Assembly: GCA_938086785.1 (NCBI GenBank)
Contig: CALKCM010000008.1
Span: 71,500-135,499 of the forward strand
Length of the DNA: 64,000 nucleotides
Direction: 5' to 3'
DNA from: an uncultured Bacteroidia bacterium
GTDB lineage: Bacteria > Bacteroidota > Bacteroidia > NS11-12g > UBA955
Both the position numbers and the translations under genes were made by a program. Below are positions 26,035 through 36,453 of this stretch, in pieces. The notes beneath the pieces are model-generated. The model worked only from the letters and a program-made list of their open reading frames with translations, was not told the DNA's origin and searched no databases. Each line of letters begins with the position of its first letter. Position 1 is the stretch's first letter.

Positions 26035-28059
26035 TTAGTGTTTTACCACTATTTTTTGTATAGCTTGTTTTGAATTTCCCAATATTTTAACGGTGTATAC
26101 ACCATTACTTACATTACTTACATCAAAGGTGTATTCTCCATTTTGAGTGGATCCACTTGCTACAACTTGACCCATCATATTTATCAATTCAACTGAACTG
26201 TTTGTGTTAGATAAAGCTTTCACCTGAACCAACATTTGGTTTGCCGCAGGGTTAGGGAATACATTCATTTCTGTGCTAATATCCGCTGTGTTGCTATTGG
26301 CCATATCAAACATGGCTGATTGAAAGACTTCTTTGGTTACATTGTCCTGGACAAAGACAACTATAGCCAAATTTGCAAAGTTTTCAACGGTACTTGCTAT
26401 GTTTAAATTCACAGGTGATTTAGCATTTGGTGGTAAGGTGTAATATCCTTTGAAGGTGAAGGAGTATGATTTATTTACTGGATTTCCCTTGGTTAACGGT
26501 GCTAAATTATCCCCTGCATTTGAAGGCATAATTTTCTTAACTACATTCTCAAACTTGGTTTCACCATTTGTTTTCTTGTTCCATGCCGTTTCTTTTTCAA
26601 TAATCATGGCATATACTTTCATATTTGTCGAAGTATAATCCGCCTTAGGGTCTATGGTGATATCACAAGAAATTTTGCCCTTCCATTCGTTTTTAGCCGA
26701 ACCGGTAATTTCCATAAATGAAGGAACTTCAGTTTGTTCTTTAAATGCACCCGCTGTATAACTTCCTGCATTTCCTTCCCATGCAATTCCATCCACTTGC
26801 ATTTGAGGAATAGTATTTACTCCATAATATGTTCTTCGAGCAGCAAGTTCAGCAAAATAGTAAGGATCACCATCACCTGGCCAACTCATTTGATACTTAA
26901 CAGAAGTATGATGGTCTTTACCAACAATAATGGAATTTAGATTTTCGTTTCCCGGTTTACATGGTCCACAAGTACTTGAGGTAAATACCTCATGCAATAC
27001 ATTTCGTTGTACAAAGGCATCTACGATTAGAACGGATGAATTGCCAGAATTATCTGCAATAGTGCCATCCAATGTTCCGTTTACGGAATCAATCGTAACA
27101 TCAATAGAATAAGTTTGAGAGACCGTTGGATTCCATTTTGTTGTGCTGTTTACTTGGGCAATTGCACCACTTGCAATACTCAATCCTGAAATAACATCTG
27201 TTACCGCAGTACCACCATCAATGGAGTAACTCACTTGAACTTCATTTATAGTTTCACTTCCATTATTACCTATCGAATAGGTGATTTCATAGGGAGCATT
27301 TGATAATAGCTCATATTTTGCATTGTCTACAGAAACTAAAGTGGCATTCTTTGCGGGAAGGCTACCAGGGGAAAAAGTATAATGGAAGTTATCCTCATAC
27401 TCCTGACTATTTGGCGCTTTACAAGCATAAGTATTCGCATTGTTAAGTTTAAAAGCCAAACTGCTATCTAATTGAATACCAGCAACAATTTTAGTTACAT
27501 TAGCTGTACTAACTCTTTGGTCAACAAAATAAATTTTGTTCGTTGTTTCCTCTAAAACAATACTCATGTAGGTAAAGCCGGTTGAATTATTTGCTTCTGT
27601 GCAAGAGTTAAATGAAATCCAATGTTGTCTGTTTGGAGCTGTTCCAAATGTTTTTGAGAGAATATTATCATTTGGGCCTGAAGGTTTTAACCCCCAAAGA
27701 CAAATTGATTTATCCGGAATACTTGCATCTGGTATGGATGTTCCCGTTGCAGCAATTGCACCCGATGCTCCCGGCGTGAAGGTTACCACTCCATTGCCAT
27801 GAACTAAATAGGAGTTTACCACTTCGTCGTTTAGTTTAAATGCGAAGGGAACGGCCTGACTTGTAGACCATGTACCTGTATTATTGCTACCAATGATTAC
27901 AGCCCAACCTGGAGCTATATTAGAAGCAAAAATATCTTCCGAATCTTTATTTAAACCTCCAGGGTTAGAAGTTCCTGATATGGGTTCCTGATAATACCCC
28001 GTTTGGGCATAGGAAGAGAATGAGATGAATGCGAATGCAATGAGTAATTTATTTTTCAT
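26035..28059 (-). CDS. T9SS type-A-sorted secreted protein with thioredoxin-like CGPC segment
   Basis: Start set at MKNKLLIAFAFISFSSYAQ (signal peptide, with a -7 box 14 nt upstream). It contains an internal VLHEVFTSSTCGPCKPG segment and a C-terminal T9SS sorting domain. Confidence 0.8.
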   Translation of the reverse strand: MKNKLLIAFAFISFSSYAQTGYYQEPISGTSNPGGLNKDSEDIFASNIAPGWAVIIGSNNTGTWSTSQAVPFAFKLNDEVVNSYLVHGNGVVTFTPGASGAIAATGTSIPDASIPDKSICLWGLKPSGPNDNILSKTFGTAPNRQHWISFNSCTEANNSTGFTYMSIVLEETTNKIYFVDQRVSTANVTKIVAGIQLDSSLAFKLNNANTYACKAPNSQEYEDNFHYTFSPGSLPAKNATLVSVDNAKYELLSNAPYEITYSIGNNGSETINEVQVSYSIDGGTAVTDVISGLSIASGAIAQVNSTTKWNPTVSQTYSIDVTIDSVNGTLDGTIADNSGNSSVLIVDAFVQRNVLHEVFTSSTCGPCKPGNENLNSIIVGKDHHTSVKYQMSWPGDGDPYYFAELAARRTYYGVNTIPQMQVDGIAWEGNAGSYTAGAFKEQTEVPSFMEITGSAKNEWKGKISCDITIDPKADYTSTNMKVYAMIIEKETAWNKKTNGETKFENVVKKIMPSNAGDNLAPLTKGNPVNKSYSFTFKGYYTLPPNAKSPVNLNIASTVENFANLAIVVFVQDNVTKEVFQSAMFDMANSNTADISTEMNVFPNPAANQMLVQVKALSNTNSSVELINMMGQVVASGSTQNGEYTFDVSNVSNGVYTVKILGNSKQAIQKIVVKH
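26038..26268 (-). other. T9SS type-A C-terminal sorting domain
   Basis: The last 77 aa read MNVFPNPAANQMLVQV...VELINMMGQVV...DVSNVSNGVYTVKILG...QKIVVKH, which fits the Por_Secre_tail pattern. Confidence 0.8.
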
Positions 28060-28073
28060 TTTTTTTCTTTCAT

Positions 28074-28081
28074 CAAAAGTA
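28074..28081 (-). promoter_or_regulatory. -7 box TActTTTG
   Basis: Plus strand reads caaaagta. It lies 14 nt upstream of the ATG at 28059. Confidence 0.45.
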
Positions 28082-28207
28082 AGTATTTTTAGGTTTTCAA
28101 CTATAAGTAGGAGTGAAAATAAATTATGTTTCACATTAAATCCTTTAAATATAATTTTAGGATATTGTTTTAATATGCTTTTAGATCCATTGAATTGAAT
28201 GGAAGTA

Positions 28208-29734
28208 TTAAGTTATTAGACTGTTTCCAGTCATTTCTTTGGGTTGTTCTACTCCTAGCAATTGCAATAGGGTAGGTGCAACATCAGCCAATATGCCGTT
28301 TTGTATGGTCAAGGAAGTATTTAAAAGAACAACAGGAACTGGATTTGTACTATGCGCAGTATTTGGTGTTCCGTCCTCATTCAACGCGTAATCTGCATTG
28401 CCATGATCCGCAATTACAACCACATTATATCCTTTTTCTGCAAGGTGCGAACTGAGCTCTTTTAAACATTGATCAATAGTCTCTACGGCTTTAACTATAG
28501 CAGAAAAAACCCCTGTGTGGCCCACCATATCAGGGTTAGCATAGTTTAGGCATATGAATTCAGGTTCTTTCTCATTTACGTATTCCTTGGCCTTTTTAGT
28601 TAGTTCTAAGGCGCTCATTTCAGGTTGCAAATCGTAGGTAGCTACTTTTGGAGAGTTTGCCATAATTCGCCCTTCCTTTTCAAAAGGCTTTTCTCTTCCT
28701 CCATTAAAAAAGAAAGTCACATGCGGATATTTTTCTGTTTCTGCCGCTCTCATTTGACTTAATCCCGCCTGAGCAATCACTTCTCCCAAAGAGTTGTTTA
28801 TAAATTCCTTGGTATAAAGGGCGCCAGCTATATTAAAATTATCATCATATACGGTTGTAGTATAATAATTCAATGCCAGCTTCTTCATGCCATAATTACT
28901 CAAATCATTTTGGCTTAGTGCCTCTGTAATCTGTCTTCCTCTATCCGTTCTAAAATTAAAGCACAAAACCGTGTCACCTTCTTTTATACAGGCATCTGTT
29001 TTTCCACAGAAGAGCGGCTCCATAAATTCATCCGTATGTTTTAGAGTATATTCTTTCTCTATACTTTCGATAAATTGAGTTGTAACTTCTCCTTCTCCTT
29101 GAGTTAACAGGTCATAAGCCCTTTTTGTACGTTCCCATCGATGGTCCCTATCCATGGCATAGTATCGTCCAATAACCGAGGCTACCATACTTATTTTTGG
29201 GTTTATTGAATCTTGTACTATTCCAATGTATTTCGCTCCCGCTTTTGGATCTGTATCTCTGCCATCAAGAAAGGCATGAATAAAAATATTTGGAACGCCA
29301 GCATTTTCAGCCATCTGGCAAATTTTAATGAGGTGATTTACATGAGAATGAACACCTCCATCACTAACCAGTCCCATTAAATGCAATCGTCCTGTTTTTT
29401 TTGCATCTGCAATGAGTTTCTTGACACTCTCTTTTTCGCCAAAAGTAGGGCCTTCAAGATCTTTATTTATTTTTTCAAGCATCTGCCAGACTACTCTTCC
29501 AGCTCCAATATTCATGTGTCCTACCTCGCTATTTCCCATCTGTCCTTCGGGCAAGCCTACATTATTTCCATGGGTAAGGAGTTGTGCATTTGGGTAATTC
29601 GCAAGCAAATAGTCCATGTACGGAGTGCGAGCAGAGTGAATGGCATTTTGTTTATTTTCTTCTCCAATGCCCCAACCATCTAAAATAACTAATGCTGCCT
29701 TATTATTCATTGCTTGATTTTTACTTTTATCCAT
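28208..29734 (-). CDS. gpmI: 2,3-bisphosphoglycerate-independent phosphoglycerate mutase
   Basis: 508 aa with ALVILDGWG, MGNSEVGHMNIGAGR and ADHGNA. The true start is probably Met9 (MNNKAALVILDGWG, nt 29710). Confidence 0.92.
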   Translation of the reverse strand: MDKSKNQAMNNKAALVILDGWGIGEENKQNAIHSARTPYMDYLLANYPNAQLLTHGNNVGLPEGQMGNSEVGHMNIGAGRVVWQMLEKINKDLEGPTFGEKESVKKLIADAKKTGRLHLMGLVSDGGVHSHVNHLIKICQMAENAGVPNIFIHAFLDGRDTDPKAGAKYIGIVQDSINPKISMVASVIGRYYAMDRDHRWERTKRAYDLLTQGEGEVTTQFIESIEKEYTLKHTDEFMEPLFCGKTDACIKEGDTVLCFNFRTDRGRQITEALSQNDLSNYGMKKLALNYYTTTVYDDNFNIAGALYTKEFINNSLGEVIAQAGLSQMRAAETEKYPHVTFFFNGGREKPFEKEGRIMANSPKVATYDLQPEMSALELTKKAKEYVNEKEPEFICLNYANPDMVGHTGVFSAIVKAVETIDQCLKELSSHLAEKGYNVVVIADHGNADYALNEDGTPNTAHSTNPVPVVLLNTSLTIQNGILADVAPTLLQLLGVEQPKEMTGNSLIT

Positions 29735-29778
29735 TAATATTATTGCAAATTAAGAGGTTTTTAATCTTTTTTGCAGCA

Positions 29779-29786
29779 TATATTTG
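29779..29786 (+). promoter_or_regulatory. -7 box TAtaTTTG upstream of gdh
   Basis: Perfect TAnnTTTG match, 25 nt before the ATG at 29812. Confidence 0.45.
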
Positions 29787-29811
29787 CATAGGAAGCAATA
29801 AATAAGAATAG

Positions 29812-31242
29812 ATGTCCAAGCAAGTAAGTAAGTATACGTTTTTTGAATCTGTTAGCCACAATTTTGATCGTGCAGCCGTCTATACTGGTTTAAACAAGGG
29901 TGTTTTAAGTCAAATCAATTCATGCAATAGTGTGTATCGAATGAAATTTCCCGTTCGAATGGGTGAGGGATTAAATGACGTGGAAGTTTTTGAGGCATAT
30001 CGAGTGCAACATTCCAATCACAGGAGCCCTTGCAAAGGGGGTATTCGTTTTAGTATGGATGTTAATCAAGATGAAGTAATGGCACTAGCTGCACTTATGA
30101 GTTATAAGTGTGCTATTGTAAATGTACCTTTTGGTGGCGCCAAAGGGGGTATTAAGATTGATACCAACAAATACACGGAACAAGAGTTGGAAAGAGTTAC
30201 CAGGAGATATACTTCTGAGTTAGTTCGTAAGAATTTCATTGGCCCTGGTATTGACGTACCCGCTCCCGATTATGGAACAGGCGCCAGAGAAATGAGCTGG
30301 ATTGCAGATACGTACATGGCCATGAATAATGGAGAAATTGACGGTTTGGGTTGTGTAACTGGGAAGCCTGTAACTCAAGGAGGAGTGCGAGGAAGGAAAG
30401 AAGCCACAGGTTTAGGTGTGTTTTATGGAATTAAAGAGCTGTGTCGCAATAAAAAGTGGATGGATAAAGTTGGTTTATCTACAGGTGTCGAAGGGAAGAC
30501 AGTCGTCGTCCAAGGCTTGGGTAATGTGGGTTATCATAGCGCAAAATTCTTTAGAGAATCTGGAGCCAAGATCATTGCTATAGCTGAGTATAATGGATCT
30601 ATTTATAATCCAGATGGACTGAATGAAGAAGAAGTCCATCAGCACAGAATTAAGACAGGAAGTATTATTGATTTTCCAGGTGCTCAGAATCTAAGTAATA
30701 ATGATGAAGCGCTAGAAATGGAATGTGATATATTAATACCTGCGGCTTTGGAAAGTGTAATCACAGAAGAAAATGCAGGTCGAATCAAAGCAAAAATAAT
30801 TGCTGAGGCCGCAAATGGTCCTGTAACAGTTGAGGCAGATAAGATTTTAAATGATAAAGGCGTGGTTATTGTTCCAGATATATACTTAAATGCTGGGGGA
30901 GTTACTGTTTCCTATTTTGAATGGTTAAAGAATTTGAGCCATGTCCGATATGGGAGAATGGAGAAGCGCTTTATGGAAAATAGCAATAGAGGCTTATTGG
31001 ATCATATCGATAAAGTTACTGGGACTAAAGCTACTGAAGATTTAATGGACAAATTGGCTCAAGGGCCAGAAGAGGTTGATCTTGTTTACAGTGGACTTGA
31101 GGAGACCATGATATCCTCTCTAAATGATATTTTAGATACTTTGGATAAGCACGAAGATTTAACAAGCTTAAGAACAGCTGCTTTTGCATTGGCAATTAAG
31201 AAAATCGGTCTGGCTTATCTTGAACTTGGCGTGTTTCCATAG
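29812..31242 (+). CDS. gdh: Glutamate dehydrogenase (Glu/Leu/Phe/Val dehydrogenase family)
   Basis: 476 aa. PCKGGIRF and VPFGGAKGGI contain the catalytic Lys region. The Rossmann motif is VQGLGNVG. Confidence 0.88.
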   Translation: MSKQVSKYTFFESVSHNFDRAAVYTGLNKGVLSQINSCNSVYRMKFPVRMGEGLNDVEVFEAYRVQHSNHRSPCKGGIRFSMDVNQDEVMALAALMSYKCAIVNVPFGGAKGGIKIDTNKYTEQELERVTRRYTSELVRKNFIGPGIDVPAPDYGTGAREMSWIADTYMAMNNGEIDGLGCVTGKPVTQGGVRGRKEATGLGVFYGIKELCRNKKWMDKVGLSTGVEGKTVVVQGLGNVGYHSAKFFRESGAKIIAIAEYNGSIYNPDGLNEEEVHQHRIKTGSIIDFPGAQNLSNNDEALEMECDILIPAALESVITEENAGRIKAKIIAEAANGPVTVEADKILNDKGVVIVPDIYLNAGGVTVSYFEWLKNLSHVRYGRMEKRFMENSNRGLLDHIDKVTGTKATEDLMDKLAQGPEEVDLVYSGLEETMISSLNDILDTLDKHEDLTSLRTAAFALAIKKIGLAYLELGVFP

Positions 31243-31278
31243 TCTTTGGACTAATTGTTGTTAATTTGAATAAACAGA

Positions 31279-31764
31279 ATGAAATTTATTATTTTTTTTA
31301 TGGGCTTTTTATCTTCTGCCATTCAAGCGCAAGATGATACATATTCGTCAAATCAATTGCAAGACTCCTTGCTTACTGACACACTAGGAGCCATTATAAT
31401 AATGGCAGACACGAGTGTTTTGAATATGGAAGCGGCTCGAGTTTACGAGAGAAAAGTAGTTATTGATAAGGGTTTAAAAATAGATCAATTCAGAATCATG
31501 CTTGGTTTTGACCAGAGCAGATCGAGAGCGCTCAAAATACATAAAAATGGCAGCATACGATATGCTGGAATATTCACATGCCATTTAGAGTATGATGAGC
31601 CCAATTTTAAAGTCTTCATGGGTAAGTTTAAGAAGTATGAGGATGCAGCTGAAATTGCCGATAATGCGCGAAGAACTTTCCCAATGGCCCGTGTTATAAA
31701 GGAAAAAATAAAAACACCACCGGGCTATATAAACACTGAAGAGGAAGAAGAATCTTCTGAGTAA
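31279..31764 (+). CDS. SPOR-domain protein (secreted)
   Basis: 161 aa with a signal peptide ending AIQAQ. The C-terminal FRIMLGF...FKVFMGKFKKYEDAAEIADNARRTFPMARV resembles a SPOR fold, followed by an acidic tail. Confidence 0.55.
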   Translation: MKFIIFFMGFLSSAIQAQDDTYSSNQLQDSLLTDTLGAIIIMADTSVLNMEAARVYERKVVIDKGLKIDQFRIMLGFDQSRSRALKIHKNGSIRYAGIFTCHLEYDEPNFKVFMGKFKKYEDAAEIADNARRTFPMARVIKEKIKTPPGYINTEEEEESSE

Positions 31765-31874
31765 GTCTTTGTTTTACTAGATTATTTGTTCAAATATGAC
31801 GAGTATAGCTACGGTATGTTGAAAACAAGGGATTACTTTTTAATGTGTTCCTGCATTTCACCTCAGGATAGTCT

Positions 31875-31882
31875 TACTTTTG
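31875..31882 (+). promoter_or_regulatory. -7 box TActTTTG upstream of fur
   Basis: Perfect TAnnTTTG match, 17 nt before the TTG at 31900. Confidence 0.4.
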
Positions 31883-31899
31883 TATAGAATTTTAAGGAT

Positions 31900-32409
31900 T
31901 TGACTGCCAAGGACGCTAAGCTTTTAAAGGAAACAAAAATGGAAGTAAGAGCCATTTTTACCACTTATTTGGAAAAGAATAAGCAACGCCGCACACCTGA
32001 AAGATATGCTCTTCTCGATGAGATTTATAGTTACAAAGGACATTTTGATGTGGATGATTTATACATCAAAATGAAAAAACGTAATTATAGAGTGAGCAGG
32101 GCCACCGTATACAACACGCTGGATCTTCTCTTGGATTGTGGCTTGGTGAAAAAACATCAGTTTGGTGAGCAGGGAAGTCAATTTGAACAGGCCTATGGCT
32201 TTAAACAGCACGATCATTTAATTTGTGTTCAATGTAAAAAAGTCCACGAGTTTTGTGATCCTCGAATTCAACAGATTAGTAGTAAAATGGGCGAGTTATT
32301 GAAATTTAATGTAACCCATCATAGTTTGCACTTGTACGCGATGCCCAGAAAAGATGAAAATGGAGATTGTGAACAGTGTGGAATTGAAGTAAAAAACGAA
32401 GAAAATTAG
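31900..32409 (+). CDS. fur: Fur-family transcriptional regulator
   Basis: RTPERYALLDEI...RVSRATVYNTLDLLLDCGLV is the winged-helix region. The metal sites are HDHLICVQCKKV and CEQCG. It uses a TTG start; the alternative ATG is at 31939. Confidence 0.85.
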   Translation: MTAKDAKLLKETKMEVRAIFTTYLEKNKQRRTPERYALLDEIYSYKGHFDVDDLYIKMKKRNYRVSRATVYNTLDLLLDCGLVKKHQFGEQGSQFEQAYGFKQHDHLICVQCKKVHEFCDPRIQQISSKMGELLKFNVTHHSLHLYAMPRKDENGDCEQCGIEVKNEEN

Positions 32410-32412
32410 ATA

Positions 32413-33678
32413 GTGGTAGACGTAATACTAGGTTTGCAATGGGGCGATGAGGGAAAAGGCAAAATAGCTGATTACCTAACCCCGAAATATGATGTTGTAG
32501 CAAGATTTCAAGGAGGCCCAAATGCGGGACACTCTCTGGAATTCGAAGGAAAGAAATTTGTGCTCAACACAATCCCTTCTGGGATATTTCATAAAACCAC
32601 TACCAATGTTATTGGTAATGGAGTGGTTATTGATCCAGTTCGGCTTTTTCAAGAAATTGATCGGTTTATTGCCGAGGTGCCAGACTATGCGGACCGTTTA
32701 TTGGTTTCAAAAAAGGCGCATTTGATTTTACCTACGCATCGAATTGTAGATGCAGCTTTGGAGAATGCAAAGGGGGATAAAAAAATTGGAAGCACATTGC
32801 GTGGAATTGGCCCTACGTATCGTGATAAAACGGGTCGCCATGGAGTGCGGGTTGGTGATGTTTTATTGCCTGATTTTAAGGCTCGCTACGAAGAAGCTAG
32901 AGATCGACATTTAGAACAAGTTAAATGGCTGGAATACACGGATTTTGATTTGGAAAAAGAAGAGGCGGAGTTTTACGCAGCCTTAGAGCAATTAAAAAAG
33001 CTTCAGCTAATAAATAGTGAGTACTTTATTAATAAATGTATTAAGGATGGAAAGAAGATTCTAGCCGAGGGCGCTCAAGGAAGTATGCTTGATATTGATT
33101 TTGGAACCTATCCATATGTAACCAGCAGTAATACTATCACTGCAGGTGTTTGCAATGGTTTGGGGATTGCTCCAAAGCACATTGGTAAGGTATATGGCAT
33201 TTTTAAAGCGTATTGTACTCGAGTGGGTTCAGGTCCCTTCCCAACGGAGGATTTTGGCGAAGAAGGGGAATGGTTGCGAAAACAAGGGAATGAATTTGGA
33301 GCAACTACTGGAAGACCCAGAAGAACGGGTTGGTTAGATTTAGTGGCTCTCCGATACACCTGCATGTTAAATGGGGTAGACGAGTTAATCATGATGAAAA
33401 GTGATATTCTTTGTGGCAGTGATAAAATTCGTGTTTGCGAGTCCTATAAAATTGGGAATGAAACCACGGATGAGGTTCCTGCGAGCTTAGTGGAAAGCGG
33501 CGTAGAAGCTGTTTATACCAACCTTCCTGGGTGGGTTGGGCCTTTGAACTATGCAGAAGGTTTTGATAATTTAGAAGGTACATTTAAGGATTATATCCAG
33601 TACATTGAAAATGCCATAGATACGCGCATTAAGATTATATCATTGGGCCCTGAAAGGGAAAATACCATTGTGCGATGA
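32413..33678 (+). CDS. purA: Adenylosuccinate synthase
   Basis: GTG start. LGLQWGDEGKGKI is the P-loop. GPNAGH, GIGPTYRDK and GATTGRPRR are also present. Confidence 0.95.
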   Translation: MVDVILGLQWGDEGKGKIADYLTPKYDVVARFQGGPNAGHSLEFEGKKFVLNTIPSGIFHKTTTNVIGNGVVIDPVRLFQEIDRFIAEVPDYADRLLVSKKAHLILPTHRIVDAALENAKGDKKIGSTLRGIGPTYRDKTGRHGVRVGDVLLPDFKARYEEARDRHLEQVKWLEYTDFDLEKEEAEFYAALEQLKKLQLINSEYFINKCIKDGKKILAEGAQGSMLDIDFGTYPYVTSSNTITAGVCNGLGIAPKHIGKVYGIFKAYCTRVGSGPFPTEDFGEEGEWLRKQGNEFGATTGRPRRTGWLDLVALRYTCMLNGVDELIMMKSDILCGSDKIRVCESYKIGNETTDEVPASLVESGVEAVYTNLPGWVGPLNYAEGFDNLEGTFKDYIQYIENAIDTRIKIISLGPERENTIVR

Positions 33679-34280
33679 AAATCGTTTGTATAGGTAGAAA
33701 TTACGCAGATCATGCAAAAGAAATGGGAAACAAAGTTCCCGATGAACCCGTTGTTTTTATAAAACCAGACTCTGCACTTTTAAGAAACAACAACCCGTTT
33801 TATGTCCCTGCTTTTACCAATGAAGTTCATTACGAGCTTGAACTTGTCGTCCGGATTGATAAAAATGGAAAATCCATTCCAAAGCAGTTTGCCAAAGATT
33901 ATTACTCCTCTATGGCTTTGGGAATTGACTTTACGGCCAGAGATTTACAACAAAAATTGAAGGAAAAGGGATTGCCATGGGAAAAAGCGAAGGGTTTTGA
34001 CTATAGTGCTTGCATCAGTCCTTTTGTGCCTGTGGTTAAGAATATGCAAGATGTAAATTTTGAAATGCATAAAAATGGGAGCCCCGTTCAAGTAGGACAC
34101 ACGGCTGATATGATTCATGAAGTGGATGAAATTATAGCTTATGTAAGTCAATACTTTATGCTAAAAACGGGTGATTATATTTTTACCGGTACGCCTGCCG
34201 GGGTAGGCCCTGTATCGGTTGGCGACTTATTTGAGGGTTACCTGCAGGGAGAGAAACTCCTGAGCTGTGCAATTAAGTAA
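33675..34280 (+). CDS. Fumarylacetoacetate hydrolase (FAH) family protein
   Basis: 201 aa with KIVCIGRNYADHAKEMG, ELELVV and GDYIFTGTPAGVG. The start overlaps the purA stop (ATGA). Confidence 0.85.
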   Translation: MKIVCIGRNYADHAKEMGNKVPDEPVVFIKPDSALLRNNNPFYVPAFTNEVHYELELVVRIDKNGKSIPKQFAKDYYSSMALGIDFTARDLQQKLKEKGLPWEKAKGFDYSACISPFVPVVKNMQDVNFEMHKNGSPVQVGHTADMIHEVDEIIAYVSQYFMLKTGDYIFTGTPAGVGPVSVGDLFEGYLQGEKLLSCAIK

Positions 34281-34305
34281 ATCTGAAATGTATATGTGGT
34301 TGATA

Positions 34306-36453
34306 TTATAAATTTAACCAATAGACAAATTTGAAAGCGAGATTTCTATTTTTGACGTTCCAATATTGGTTGTAATTTTCTGAATACACCAAAAATAAAT
34401 CACTCATGGGTCTGTATCTCCATTGATACCTTATGTACAAGTTGGTATTGTTTGCTTGGGTATTGTATTGAAGAAAGGTATTGAGGTACATGGTCGTTGT
34501 AAAGCTAATTTCGGCTTTGGCTCCAATCAGATCATAGGTTTGATCCCCAATACTTGGCAAGGATATCTGTTCTCTTTGATAGTTAACAGAAAAAACACCC
34601 CAGGGCTGCCTTCTATAAATGGCTTTTACTGTTGTTCCGTATTTAGACCCATCATAAAACTGACCCGCCGTTGCATCAACACTTAAGTTAAAGAGTTTTC
34701 GCCGGTTGCTTTGAAAGAATACATTGAGGCTGTTCCAGTTATATTCTCCCAATAAATAATTAGAATCTGTTGAAATTGGGCTGAATGGAAGGAATAAGGT
34801 ATTTTTTTTATGAGATAAGCGAAGATTTAATTCGGCCGAATTCTGAAATGTGTTTTTAATGCGAAAGGCATTAAAGGATTCTGTGCTTTTTTGAGCGCTA
34901 TCGTAATACGAAGAGTGATAACCAATAAAAGAAGTTTTGTTGAGTAGGTTGGATTTAGGATAGATAGTATAGGCTGCTGAATTCTCAAGACGCCAAAATT
35001 CTCTGGTAACGCTCACCTTATTTTCCTGATCATAAAATCGCTGCCTCGGAACAAATCCTGTGGGCGCTCTGAACCCTTTTCCTGCGAATTCGTGATTCCA
35101 TTCTAAGCGCCATTTTGTATTCCTGAAGATGAGAAAGGATGCATGAGCAAAACTCCTATCCATGATTTTTGGTGAAATAGATTTCTGATAAAAGGCCTTT
35201 CCAACCCATTTATTGTCTTTGCTTAGCAGATTGTACTCCAATCCAGTTACCGTACTTCCAGGCATATTTCTCACTCGATCATTCACAAAAATAAACCCAA
35301 TATTACTCGATGAAAATACTTTTCGTTGAAAAGCAGCGATGGCATAATTCTTAGCCGGGGTAAGAGAGTCTAACTCTCGAGTAGCAACATCCATGATGCC
35401 TACACGCCACTTATTTCCAATTTTACCTGTGATTCGGGCTCCTGCAGTAATAGGTTCTGCCAAGCCAACTCTTCGGCTAAAAAAAGGCCGTATTCCTCTA
35501 AATCCAAAGTTGGCAAAGAGATCGCTGTTTTCTATAAAGAATTGCCTGCGCTCTGGAAAGAAGAGGTTAAACTGAGTGAGGTTTATTTGTTGAACATCCA
35601 CATCTACCTGTGCGAAGTCTGGATTGAGCGTGAGGTCTAAATTTAAAGAACTACTCAAGGAGAACTTAGCATCAATTCCTGTTTTGGGCTTTGCATTTAT
35701 TGCTTTTTGGCCGCTTATATCTTGGTTCCCCGTCGCACTTACATAAGGAACGAGCGTGAGGTTGAAATTTTGTTTGGGTGGCTTTTTTTCCCAATTCATA
35801 TCACCGGTGTAGGTGAGGGAGGAAATATTAAAGTTTCGAGGCACTCTTACCCAACAGGATTTCTCATTGTTTTTAAAATCGATTCGAGCAACATTGGTCC
35901 TCCATTTTTGATTTTGATGATTAAATCGGATGCTTTTGTATGGAATTTTAAATTCTGCAGTCCAGAACTCTTCTTGAATATTAGTTGCACTAAACCATAC
36001 TTGATCCCAAGCCGTACTCACTCCAAAATTACCTCCATTTCCAACGGAACCTTCTCTTTGTGCATTTTGCGGTGTTACGCCAAAGGAGAATCCATTTTGA
36101 CCATCCAGAAAGGGCTCTAATGTAAGAACTACAGCATCATTGCTATTTACGCTAAAGTCTCTTTGGAGCGATTGTACGGTGTATCCTTTCTTTTTGCCCG
36201 TATTATAGCATTTAAAAGCAGCGTACAAATATTCCTCATCAGAGGCCAACCAAAATTCTGTTTTGGCTAAGGCTTCACAGGTGTCATAGGGGAAATTTTG
36301 GATAAAACTCCCACTGGTATACGTTTTTTTCCAAACAGATTCGTCAAGGATTCCATCAATAGTCATGGTTTCTTGGGTGTAATTGACCGTAGTTTTTTGG
36401 CCTATGAGCGTTGATGCCAATAAAAAGCAGAGTAAAAAGTAAGCTTCTTTCAT
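34306..36453 (-). CDS. CBM9-like + DUF5916-type outer-membrane-associated protein
   Basis: 715 aa with a signal peptide. The N-terminal MTIDGILDESVWKK...YLYAAFKC is CBM9-like. The long beta-rich C-terminal part ends FKFVYWLNL. Confidence 0.65.
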   Translation of the reverse strand: MKEAYFLLCFLLASTLIGQKTTVNYTQETMTIDGILDESVWKKTYTSGSFIQNFPYDTCEALAKTEFWLASDEEYLYAAFKCYNTGKKKGYTVQSLQRDFSVNSNDAVVLTLEPFLDGQNGFSFGVTPQNAQREGSVGNGGNFGVSTAWDQVWFSATNIQEEFWTAEFKIPYKSIRFNHQNQKWRTNVARIDFKNNEKSCWVRVPRNFNISSLTYTGDMNWEKKPPKQNFNLTLVPYVSATGNQDISGQKAINAKPKTGIDAKFSLSSSLNLDLTLNPDFAQVDVDVQQINLTQFNLFFPERRQFFIENSDLFANFGFRGIRPFFSRRVGLAEPITAGARITGKIGNKWRVGIMDVATRELDSLTPAKNYAIAAFQRKVFSSSNIGFIFVNDRVRNMPGSTVTGLEYNLLSKDNKWVGKAFYQKSISPKIMDRSFAHASFLIFRNTKWRLEWNHEFAGKGFRAPTGFVPRQRFYDQENKVSVTREFWRLENSAAYTIYPKSNLLNKTSFIGYHSSYYDSAQKSTESFNAFRIKNTFQNSAELNLRLSHKKNTLFLPFSPISTDSNYLLGEYNWNSLNVFFQSNRRKLFNLSVDATAGQFYDGSKYGTTVKAIYRRQPWGVFSVNYQREQISLPSIGDQTYDLIGAKAEISFTTTMYLNTFLQYNTQANNTNLYIRYQWRYRPMSDLFLVYSENYNQYWNVKNRNLAFKFVYWLNL

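Noticed and set aside
35707-36120. 137-aa plus-strand ORF.
   Set aside because: It lies entirely antisense inside the DUF5916 gene, has no recognisable motif, and looks like a typical shadow ORF in AT-rich DNA.
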